From NCBI RefSeq assembly GCF_009914755.1, contig NC_060942.1: a stretch of DNA of 64,000 nucleotides. One strand, written 5' to 3'. Numbering within the stretch: the stretch's first letter is position 1; each line of letters begins with the position of its first letter. The notes under the pieces were generated by a model. The model made no database searches, had not been told where the DNA came from, and saw only the letters and a list, made by a program, of their open reading frames with translations. Source of the DNA: the human T2T-CHM13v2.0 reference genome, Homo sapiens. The translations under genes were made by a program, and so were the position numbers. Positions 12,661 through 24,599 of the stretch are shown here, one piece after another.

Positions 12661-14857
12661 CTTGTGTATGTACATGAGCTGAGAGGCTTTTTGTCCACAA
12701 TCGTGCTGAAACTCATTCCTAGAACCTCCTAGAATAATGCAGCCATAATGGCATTTCAGAACCTTACTCCACTCTGCACCTCTCTGCCTTGCATTTCTGC
12801 TCCTTAGAAACAACAACTATCAAATCTTTTGGCTGTTTTTCTTAAGTCATGTTTCTAAATAATATGCTCATTCTGTTACTTCTGGATTTATCTATTTTAT
12901 GCATTATTGCTTGCCTTCCTTCAGTATATTATTTCGCTTTCACAGACCAAATAAAAATTTATGCAAACTGAGAGCAAGACAAAATGCTGATTTCCTGATT
13001 GTTTTGAAATAAAAAAGGCATTTTCTCCTAAACCTGTTTGACCCTCATCTTATACTCTTGGGGAAGGTTTTACTTTGTTCAAAAAATATTTGATTGGTAA
13101 TTCACAATAGATGAGGTGTTTCCTTTTACACACATCTACATTCACTTCCTCCTCCCCCCATCTTCCCAATACATGTTAATTGTGATTTTTAAAATACTGA
13201 TCATCAGTGTTGACATCACTATGGCTATATAAATGCTGATCATTTCTTTCCTGAACAATTTCTTTAGCCAAACACCACCTCTTCTCTTCTCAAACATCAA
13301 AAATCCTCTTGTTTGGGCCATGGCGTCCTCACACAATGCACCACGCTCTTGATCCCTCATGAAAATATCTCAACTTGGATTTGCAGTAATGTACCATAGC
13401 TGGAAGGGTGTGATTCCCTGCAGACGACAAAGGATCATGGGCTTCCCTATGATGCACATGGCATACAATGAATGGTGTCTCTGCCAAGTGGTCTCAGGTA
13501 CCCTGGACTGGAGTCTGGTAAAAATCTCTCTCTTATCCATCCATCTTTGTTTGGTGGATTGACTGAGGAGAAGCTGGATTTAGATGATCTGGCCTCATTA
13601 TTTAAGTACATTTGGTATTAGATAGAATGTCACTCTTCTCTCTTGTATTATCAGTAGGTGAAAGATAAGAGCCGACACCAGTTCCATGTGGGTTATGTAG
13701 ATAAGATTTTATCTTTATTTTGCAGAGCTCCAAGTATATTAATAGCATCCTGTATTTGATTACATAATTGGGTACTGAGGCTCCTTTTACTTCCACAGGA
13801 TAAGGTTGAATTCATTTTCTGAGACTAATTAATCTGAGACCTTTGAAGAGGAAGTGCGGTTGAACGTGAAGAAGGAACCATTATTGACAGTATCCCAGGA
13901 GCTACGCATTGCCAGGCATATTCAATTATGCTATAATTTTCATAAGGTCAGCAGATATGAGAGCAAAACTGTTGCCCATTTAAGATTTGGAAACATTTCA
14001 GAAGAGGGGAAAAACATGAACTTCTAGTGGTATATTTTATTCTTTTTTCCAGCTCAATCATTTATCTCTTCATTGTTCCTTAATTCCCATAACTTCTTTT
14101 AAAATATCTGTGACAAGAAGATCCAAAAATTCCTTCAAATTTCATTGAGTGATCTGTTGCAGTCCCTATACCTCCTGCTGTGGCTCTTTGTCAGGAACTG
14201 TGGTTGTGTGGTTGCTGCTGTGTCAATTTGAGCAAACTGTACTTTCAGGGATAAAAGAAAATGCTAACACCTGGATAATTCTTAAAGTTATTGCATGGCA
14301 TGTGGAGGAAACTGAAATCCTTCTGCTGGGAGGGGATTATTTAGATCTAAAAGGGCTTGAGAAGTCAGTCATGGAGGAGGCAGACGGATAGTGGGAAAAA
14401 GCAGTGAGGAATTAGACAAACTGTTTCCAAGTAAATCTGGAATCTTCCCAATAGAAGTAATAACTAAAGTCAAAAGAGGTAATGCGACTTCCTGGGGAAA
14501 GCACATACAGGAAAAAGAACTGAAGAAATTTACAATAAAACTAAACCAAATATAACAAAAACCAGATCATAAACCTCAAATTTCTAAGGGGTCCTTGAAA
14601 GTTCAGAAGACAGGTTTTACAGTGGGTTCAGGTTCTCAGAAATGAGAACTAGTTCATAGCTGAATAGAAGTAAAAGTGAAACATCACATCTTGTCAGAAA
14701 TGTTTCAATTTAGCTATCATTCTACAATGAACAAGAAATAATAATATTGTTCTTCTATAAGACAGAGTATCAACGAGGTGTGCTAAATAAGATCTGGAGA
14801 GTAAATTATAGAAATTTATCCATTCTAAAATGCCAGAATAATATTAAAGCGCCACAA

Positions 14858-14907
14858 GACAGACAGACAGACAGACACACACACACACATGCACACACAC
14901 ACACACA
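14858..14907. repeat. (GACA)n(CA)n compound microsatellite
   Basis: Seen directly. Confidence 0.9.
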
Positions 14908-16556
14908 AAATACAAATATATGAAATGTCTTACCTATATCCAAGGGAATAGGTAAGCCAAGGGAATGAAATTAGTGGCTGTTTCAGAGTACCTAGAACCT
15001 ACAATTCTCTAAGTATTAAATAGAAACAGATCTGCAGTCATTTTCTTTTTAATTGAATACTTGCATTGACTTGATCTATGCCCTTAGCTCTAAGTAGGTA
15101 GGAGACAGACCTTTAACTCTGATCCAGCTGTAGAATAATGATTCATAATTCAGTTGTTTCAGGAAGTGAGATGGGTGTACGTGTGCAGGTTGTTCTATAG
15201 ATAAATTGCGTGTCATGGTGGTTTGGTGTACATATTCAACCAAATTATTTCTCAGTTTCTTTCTGTGTTCTGCATGAAACAGTACTTTATTCCTGTGCTA
15301 TTCATATGTAACTGGAATAACAAACTGGGCAGTGTTCAGTCAAGCAGTATGCTGAAGGGACTTGCAGGCCCTATCAGTATATATTATCAAGGTTTGTTCT
15401 GTGAATTTGTGACATGTGAACTTTTTCAAACCCATTACTACACCATTATATAGCTTGAAAAGGTAAACTGAAGGGATTCTACAAAATCAATGAAATAAAA
15501 AAACTACAAAATCAATGAAATAAAAAGTACGAGTGACTACTTTTATAGTTCGCAATGCAAAAGGAAAAGAGAAACTTCCACTGTTAGTACACACATATCA
15601 ACTCTCACCTAGAGACTGAGCAGCTCCTGCAGACAAGGGGATGGGGCACATGATCAGCACATTTGGGCCACAGGCCCACCCCTGTAGCCACTGGAATTAC
15701 TATGGGAGAAGAGAGAAGGAATTGTTTATACAAAAGGGTGCTGAGACAATCAAAACAAAAGGCGTTCTGCAGACACCTTGTTGTTGGAGGTTAGAATGCT
15801 ATTCAGTCTTACTGGCCTGGAATTTTCGAAAGGCTAATATTGCAAGTTCTTCCTACAAACCTGTATGCCCCCTGGCTTCCTATTCACCCTACCTACATAG
15901 CAGTTCTATTGTCCATCGTAACAATGGCTCACCAAAATTTACCTCTAATTCTCATATGCGTATTTCAATACCTCCCTGCATGGCATAATTAGGCAGCAAT
16001 TAGAAGAAACTTTGGAATATAAATTGGTACTATTTTCTAACAGCAATTTTACTGAGTTGTATTTTTTCTCTGTTCCTCAGGTGTACAGATATGGTTTACT
16101 CACAAGTCTTAAGTGACGACATATTTCCATCACTGATTCATACAGTGTCTGTTTTTTTAATTAATTAATTGATTATTGAAAGTAGTATAATAAGTACCAT
16201 GAACCCGTCACCCTAAACAAAAACCAGGATCTTGGTGCAACCTACATTTACTTGCGTTCTCCCCATGTCAAAACATCCCACTGCTATTCCCCTGCTAAAG
16301 TCACTATCACCCTCTTGATTTGCCTTTTTATGTAGTTTTTGCGCGCATATTTGTGGTGAAATTGTTGTTGTTGTTATTGTTTTAGCTTTCACCTCTATGA
16401 AAAGAGTATATAAATATTTAAGACACATTTTTCTTCATTGAATATTCTACTACTGACAGTGATGGGAATGAGATGGCAGAATAGGAAGCCCTAGACCTCC
16501 TTTCCTCCCCACTCCCCCACAAGATTCAACAACTATGCATGGATGAATTTGAGAAT

Positions 16557-17545
16557 TCCAGAAATGTGAGAAATAAATTTCCGGGTTTCAATAAATTCCG
16601 TAGTCTAAGGTATTTTGTTGGAATACAGATGAACAGAAACACTGAGCACAGGTGAGGGGCTCTGGCAGCTAGTATGTGCTAGTCCAGATGGTGGCTTTGT
16701 TCTCAGCAGCCCCAAGCGTCTAGAATATGCCAAACCTGTCCCTCCTCCAGGACAGGTGATGCAGAGCCAGTCCTCCAGGCAGCCCCGGAAAGTCCAGAAC
16801 ATCGAACACTTGCTGCAGCTCTGTCCCACCCCAGGAAGAACTCAGGATTTGGGGGTTGCCTGTCTTGTTCTGTGCTGGGCGGCAGAGTCTAGTTGAGAGG
16901 CTCCTGTACCCTGAGCAAGCATGAAACCAGCAGTCTTGAAGCCAGCAGAAAAATTGGTGGCACCCTCGCTCCATAATCCTTTCTCTGGCACCTCTCACAT
17001 GATTGGGAGGAAACCCCAGGTCATAACTTCTCCCAGGGGAGGGAAGGAGGGGACTTGACCATATGTCCCATGTTCTGACATTCTGGGGGGCTTCCCAAGG
17101 GACTGATTTCTGTCTTGCCTGAATCTGAGAGTTGACAGAAACAGCCCTAGGTTGGGAGCCACTGAGAATAAAGGACATAGTTGTCACTAGTATGCACTCA
17201 CCAGTCATACTTTCAGCAGCCCAGCACTGAACGAGAGGGAGAACCCCCAAATCCTGAGTTCTCCCTGGGGTGGGACAGAGCTACAGCAAGTGTTCGATGT
17301 TCTGGACTTTCCGGGGCTGCCTGGAGGACTGGCTCTGCATCACCTGTCCTGGAGGAGGGACAGGTTTGGCATATTCTAGACACCTGGGGCTGCTGAGAAC
17401 AAAGCCACCATCTGGACTAGCACACACTCGCTGCCAGAGCCCCTCACCTGTGCTCAGTGTTTCTGTTCATCTGTATTGTTCCAACAAAATACCTTAGACT
17501 GCGGAATTTATACAAACACAAAAATTTATTTCTCACATTTCTGGA
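16557..17545. repeat. Inverted repeat: arms 16557-16857 and 17242-17545, spacer 384 bp
   Basis: Direct alignment shows about 12 substitutions and one 3-bp indel. Near-identical ORFs 16605..16829(-) and 17270..17497(+). Confidence 0.97.
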
Positions 17546-18000
17546 GGCTGTGAAGTCCAAGATGAAGGAACTGGCAGATCCAGTGTCTGGTGAGGCTCGT
17601 GTGTTGCTTCCGAGAACTCTGCCTTGTTGCTGGGTCCTTACACGGCAGAAGCCAGGAGGGCAAAATGCACCAGGCACTCCCTTCAACCTCATTTATAAGA
17701 GCAGCAATCCATTCATAACAAGCCCTAACGCCTTCATCACTTCTCAAAAGGCCTCACTTCTTAACACTGTTCACATTGGGCATTAGGTTCCAACATGTGA
17801 ATTTTGGAAGGCCACATATATTGAAACGATAGCACTCCACCTCTGGCTCCCCAAAATTCATGTCCTTCTCACGAAGGACAAAAAAATGCGTTCATTTTAT
17901 CACAAAAGCCCCCAAAGCCTTAACTTGTTCTAGCACTTAAAGTCTAAAGTCTCATCTAAATATTGTCTAAATCAGATAACGGCTGACACCCTACGTACAA

Positions 18001-18177
18001 TTTATTTTTTTATTTTATTTATTATTTTTTTGAGATGGAGTCTTGCTCTGTCGACCAGGCTGGAATGCAGTGGCGTGATCTCGGCTCACTGCAACCCCCG
18101 CCTCTGGGTTCAAGCAATTCTACTGCCTCAGCCTCCCGAGTAGCTGGGATTATAGGTGTAAGCCACCGTGCCCAGCC
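18001..18177 (-). mobile_element. Monomer-length Alu (arm-fused or FRAM-like)
   Basis: A-tail, right-arm sequence, then directly the Alu 5' end. Confidence 0.85.
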
Positions 18178-19449
18178 AACATACCATTTATTCTGAGGCA
18201 AATTCCTCTTACGTCGTAAGACTGTGGAACTAAACAAGTTACATTTCCAAAATACAATGGTGGGACAGATGTAGGAGAGATATTCTCATTCCAAAAGCAA
18301 CGGGTAACTGGTACCAAATTAAGTCCAAAACCCAACAGGGCCAAACCAACATTAAATCTTAAGGCTTCAGAACAATTTTGACTCAGCGTTCTGCCTTCCA
18401 GACATACTAGGGCAAGGGTTGGGCCCCCAGGCCTGGGCAGCCCCACTCCCACTGCTTTGCTAGGAGCAGCCCATGTGGCAGCTTTCACACATTGCAGTTG
18501 CATGCCTATAGCTCTCCCAAGCTGGAGTCGTCTGCTGGTGGTGCTACAGTTCTGGAGTCTCAGAGGCGGCCCCAACCCCATGGCTCTGCTGGCCATTGCC
18601 CTAATAGGGGGATCTCTGTGGCTGTGCATGCCTGTGGCAGTTCTTCTTGTGTGCCCTGAGGTTCTCTGAGGTAACTTTTGAGAGCTAGAAAGCCATGTCT
18701 CCACACCTTGTGTACTCTGTGTGCCTACAGAGTCAGCACCATGTGGATGTTGCCAAGGTTTATCACTTACACCCTCCAGAGTGGTGGCCCAAGCTGTACC
18801 TGGGCCCACTTGACCACAGCAGGGAGCTAAGGAGCTCTGTGCTGGAATGCATGGAGCAGAGACTTGAGGTGACTCTAGGCAGTGAGCCTGAGGTCCCAAA
18901 TGTACCTGGGCACTTCCCTTGAAACCATTCTGCCCTCAAGGTCATAGCACTCTGGCCTGTGATGGGAGTGGCCATGATCTCCAGAATGCTTTTGGGGTCA
19001 TCCTTTCATTGTCCTGATGAATAGCATCCGGCTCCTTTCTATCCATCCTAATCTCCTGACAGTCACTGGGCCACGCCCCCTGGACAGAACTTCAATTCTC
19101 TACAGAACATGTCTTTTTATTCTTTACAAGTTGGCCAGGCTGAGAATTTTTCAACTCTTAAGTTCTGCTTCCTTTTTAGTTAGAAATTCCATCTTTAATT
19201 CATTTCTCTCTTCTTACATTTTACTACAGTCAAAAAAGCCATGCCACACCCTCAATACTTTGCTTAGAGATTTCTTCGGTCAGATATCCTAGTTCATTTC
19301 TTTTCAGTTCTGCCTTTCACAAAGTACTGGGACACAGAAACAATTCAGGCAAGCTCTTTGCCACTTTGTAACAAGGATGGCCTTCCCACCAGTTTCCATT
19401 AACATATCCCTCATTTCGGTCTAAGACCTCATCAGAAGCACCTGTACTT

Positions 19450-19736
19450 GACTGAGCATGGTGGCTCATGCTTGTAATCCCAGCACTTTAGGAGGCCAAG
19501 GCGGGAGAATTGCTTGAGACCAGGAGTTCCAGACCAGCCTGGGCAACAAGGTGAGCCTTCATCTCTACAAAAAACTTTTTAAATTAGCATATATAGTCCC
19601 AGCTGCTTGGAAGGCTGAGGCAGGAGGATCACTTAAGCCCAGGAATTCAAGATTAGTCAGCTGTAATCTCACCAATGCACTCCAACCTGGGTGACAGAGT
19701 GAGACCCTGTCTCAAATAAATAAATAAATAAACAAA
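19450..19736 (+). mobile_element. Alu (AluJ-like) inside the MaLR internal region
   Basis: Dimeric Alu with (AAAT)n tail. Confidence 0.9.
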
Positions 19737-22048
19737 CACCTTTACTGTTCATATTTTTACCTATATTCTGATCACAACCACTTAATCTCCAAGAAGACTG
19801 AGACTCTTCCTGCAGCTCTCCTTTTCTGAATTCCCTCCAGAATCCCCCTCTATGGTCCACTCATGGCAATATGGGCTTTTTCTAGTCTGCTCCAGCTTCC
19901 ACCCATTACCCAGTTTCAAAATTGCCTCCACATTTTTGGACATCTGTTATAGCCACACCCTACTTCTCAGTACCAATTTCCAAGTTCATTCAGGCTGTTA
20001 CAACAAAATGCCTTAGACTGGGTGCCAGCAGATTCAGTGTCTGGTGAGGGCCGGCTCTCTCTGCTTCAAAAATGGTTGTCTTGTTGCTGCGTCCTAACAT
20101 GGCAGAAGGGGGAAAAGGGACAAATGCTCTCCGAAGCCTCTTTTATATGGGCATTAATCCCATCCATGAGGGCAGAGCTCTTGTGACCTAATAACCTCCT
20201 AAAGGCTTCCTCTTCTAAATCCATCACCTTGGTGATGAGGCTTCAACATATGAATTTCGGAGGGCCACGTACATTGAAACCATAGCACTCAGCAAGGCAA
20301 GATCATGGAAACACACAGCCCCTGGCTTCTCCCTTAGGATGGAAAGAGAAGACTGAAACATACTTCCAATGTTCAGACTTTTTGGAAGGCTGTTTGAGGG
20401 ACTAGCTTCTGTTTATCCTGGCTCAGAGCACTGATGAGACTCGGCAAACTTTAGATATCTGAGGGCTTCTGAGATAAACAACAAAAAAAAGAGCTGGGTA
20501 GTATGCTAGTGCTTCAGAGGACTGCAGTACAGCAGACAGGCAGCAGAGAGAAAAGAGATTATGAACTTCTAAAAAAAGAAACTGGGAAATCCTTCTAGTT
20601 ATGATCTATATACAAAAGTCCAAGGAAGTCATACCGACAGAAAAGATTTAAGAGGACCACAGAATCACTAGCAAGGCTGACTGGTGAAGGTCATCACCTA
20701 TACAAAGCCAGGCTGTAAAGACTGGGAGAGGCAGCTGATTTTTCCAATACACAGACCCTAATATAAAGGGTTAAGAAACATAAAGGAACAGAAAATCATG
20801 GCCCAAACAAAGGCACAAAGTAAATCTTCAGAAATGAAGGTGAATACAGAAATGAAGGACCATACACCATGAACAAGTGAGATTTATCTCTGGGATGCAA
20901 GGATAGTTTAACACAGGTAAATCACTTAATATGATTACCTGACAAAGAATTCATAATTATCATCATATATATACTCAAGTAGCTTAGAAAAATGGTGCAT
21001 GAACAAAATAAGTATTTCAACAAGATAGAAAATTGAAGAAAAAAATCCTAAAATTTTGGAGCTGAAGAATACAATAAATGAACAAAAAAAATCACCAGAG
21101 GCCTTCAACAGCAGACTTGATGTAGCAGAGGAAAAGAGTCAGCACACTTGAAAATGGGTCATTTGAAATTATTCAGTTAGAGGAGCAAAAACAAAAAGAA
21201 TAAAAAAAGTAAAAACTTAAGGGGACCAACGGTACATACTATAATATACATGGTACATTGCAATGGCACCTCATAAGGACAGAGAGAAAAATGGCAGAAA
21301 GCTTACTTAAAGAAATAATGACTGAAAACTTCCGAAATCTGAAGAAGGAAATAAACAGCCAGATTCAAGGAGTTCAAATGTCTCCAAATAGGATGACCCA
21401 AAGAAGTCTACACAGAGACACATTATAATCAGAGTCATGAAGGAACAGAAAATCTGAACATATCTATAGCCAATAGGGAAACTGAACTAGCAACCAAAAA
21501 CCTCCAGAGAAAGCTCATGACCAGAAGACTTCACTGGTGAATTCTACCAAACATTTAAAGAATTAATTTCAATCTTTCATAAATGCTTCCAGAAAACAAA
21601 GTCAAGGAAGAGGGAACATTTTCAAACCTATTTTCTAGGGCCAGCATTACCCTGATACCAAAGCCAGACAAAGATATACACGAAAAGAAAACTATAGTTC
21701 AATATCCCTGATAAGCATAGATGCAAAAATCCTCAAAAAAGAAAAAAGAAAAAAAACTTGCAAACCAAGTTCAACAGTATAATAAAAGGACCATACACCA
21801 CAACAAAGTGGGATTTACCCTGGGATGTAAGGATGGTTTAATGCAGGTAAATCAATTAATGTGATGAATAATGAAAATCACACAAATATCTCAATAGACA
21901 CAGAAAAAGGATTGGATAAATTCAACACTATTTCTGATAAAAACAATCTCAACAACCTAGGCACAGAGGGAACTTACCTTTACATAATAAAGGTCATGTG
22001 TGACAAATCCACAGCTAACATCATACTCAACAGTGAAAAACTGAAAGC

Positions 22049-22351
<303 letters not shown>

Positions 22352-23989
22352 TGAAAGCTTTTTTTTCTAAGATGAGGAACAAGAAGAATGCCCACTCTCA
22401 GTACTTCTATTCAACACAGTACTTGAAGTCCTGACTAGAGAAATTAGGTATGAAAAAGAAATAAAAGGCACTCAAATTAGAAAGGAAGAAGTAAAATTGT
22501 CTCTGCAGACTACATAATCTTATACATAGAGAATCCTAAAGACTCCACACACACAAAAACATTAGAACTAATAAATGAATTTAATCCGATTGCAGGATAC
22601 AAAACAAACACATGAAAATTAGTAGTGTTTCTATACACTAGCAATAAACCATCTAAAGAAGAAATCAAGGAAACAACCCCATTTACAATAGCATCAAAAA
22701 TAATAAAACACTTAGAAATAAACTTAACCAAGGAGGTAAAATATTTATACACTAAAACTACAAAACATTAATGAAAGAAACTAAAGAAGATAGAAATAAA
22801 TGGGAAAATATACAGTGTTCATGAATTGGAAGACTTAATTAGTGAAAATTTCCATATTATCCAAAGCAATCTACAGATTCAATGCTATCCCCTTCAATAT
22901 TCCAATGGCATTTTTTTTTTTTACAGAAAAAAAAAATCCTAAAATTCATATGGAACCCATAAAGGTCCTGAATATTCAAAGCAACCTTGGTAAAGAAGTA
23001 CAAAGCTGGAGGCACTAAACTTACTGGTTTCAAAATAGATGTATTATAATGTTACAGAATCCATAAAAACAGACATATAGATCAATGGAGCAGAACAAAG
23101 AGACCAGAAATAAACCCATACATATCTGGTCAACCAATATTCAAAATGGTGCCAAGAATACACAATGGGGAAAAGTTAGTCCCTTCAACAAATGGTGCTG
23201 AAAAACTGGATATCCATACGTAAGAGAATGAAATTGGAATAAATACTTAAAGGTAAGATATGAAAATGTAATGCTTCTAGAAAAAAATCATAAGAGAAAA
23301 ATTCCATGACATTGGTCTAGGTAATGATTTCTCAGATATGACAACAAAAGCAAAGCGACAAAAGCAAAGAACTAATAATAATAATAAGTGGAATTACATC
23401 AAGCTGATAAGCTTCTGAATGGCAAGGAAAAACAACTAACAGTGAAAAGGTAACCTACAGAATGGAAGAAAATATTTGCAAACCATATATCTGTTAAGGA
23501 GTTAATATCCAAAATACAGAAGGAATTCCTACAATAGGAAAGAACCAAAAAACCCAATTAAAAAATGGACAAAAAACTGGAACAGACATTTCTTCAAAGA
23601 AGACATACAAATGGCCAACAGAAATAGGTGATCAAGCAGCATTAATCAACACGAAAATGCTAATTAAACAATATTACCATTCCATTACGATGACCATTAT
23701 AAAAAAATAGTGCTGGTGAAAGTGTGGAAAAATTGAAACACTTGTGCACTGTTAGAGGGAATATATAATGATGCAGCTACTACAGAAAACAGTACAGAGA
23801 TTTCTCAAAAAAATACTAAAATAGAATTATCATATGATCCAGCAATCCTACTTCTGGTGTTTATCCAGAATTGAGATTAGGATCTCTAAGATATTTGCAC
23901 TCTTATGTTCGGTGCAACATTATTTAAAATACCTAAGATGTGGAAACAATCTAAATGTCCATCTACAAATGAATGGATAAAGAAAATGT

Positions 23990-24241
23990 GGACCAGATGT
24001 GGTGGCTCATGCCTGTAATCCCAGCGCTTTGGTAGGCGGAGGCAGGCAGATTGCTTGAGCTTAGGAGTTTTGAGACCAGCCTGGGCAACAGGACGAAGCT
24101 CTGTCTCCACAAAAAATACAAAAATTAGCCACGCATGGTGGCACAGCTACTTGGAAGGCTGAGGTGGGAGGATTGCCTGAGCCCAGGAGGCCAAGGTTGC
24201 AGTGAGCTGAGATTACACTACTGCACTCCAGGCTGGGTGAC
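23990..24241 (+). mobile_element. Alu (J-like), 3'-truncated, inside the L1 3' region
   Basis: Alu sequence lacking an A-tail. Confidence 0.85.
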
Positions 24242-24599
24242 CATAATGGAGTATTATTTGGCTTCAAAAAGGAAGGAAATTCTACTGTATATAACAACAT
24301 GAATGAACTTTGAGGATATCATGCTAAGTTAAATAAATCAGTTACAGAAGGACAAATACTGAATGATTACACTTTTATGAGGTATCTACAGTCGTTAAAT
24401 ACATAGAAAAAAAAGCAGACTGCTGGATGCTAGGGTCTGGGGGGAGGGAGAAGTGGGGAGTTGCCATTCAATGGGTATAAAATTCTAGAGATCTGCTGTA
24501 GAACATTATGCTTATAGTTAACAATACCACACTGCACAATTAATTATTTAAAAGGGAAGGTCTTATATGATTTTTTTTACCACAATAAAAGATTCTACT

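Larger units (their letters stand above)
17458..20287 (-). mobile_element. Complete MaLR provirus (MST-type LTR 17458-17833, internal region, LTR about 19978-20287)
   Basis: Both LTRs end ...ttgaaac(g/c)atagca on the plus strand. Perfect 5-bp TSD CTCAG at 17453-17457 and 20288-20292. Confidence 0.88.

Noticed and set aside
18150-18899. 249-aa minus-strand ORF
   Set aside because: Lies in the MaLR internal region and ends in an Alu. A degenerate retroelement frame, not a host gene.
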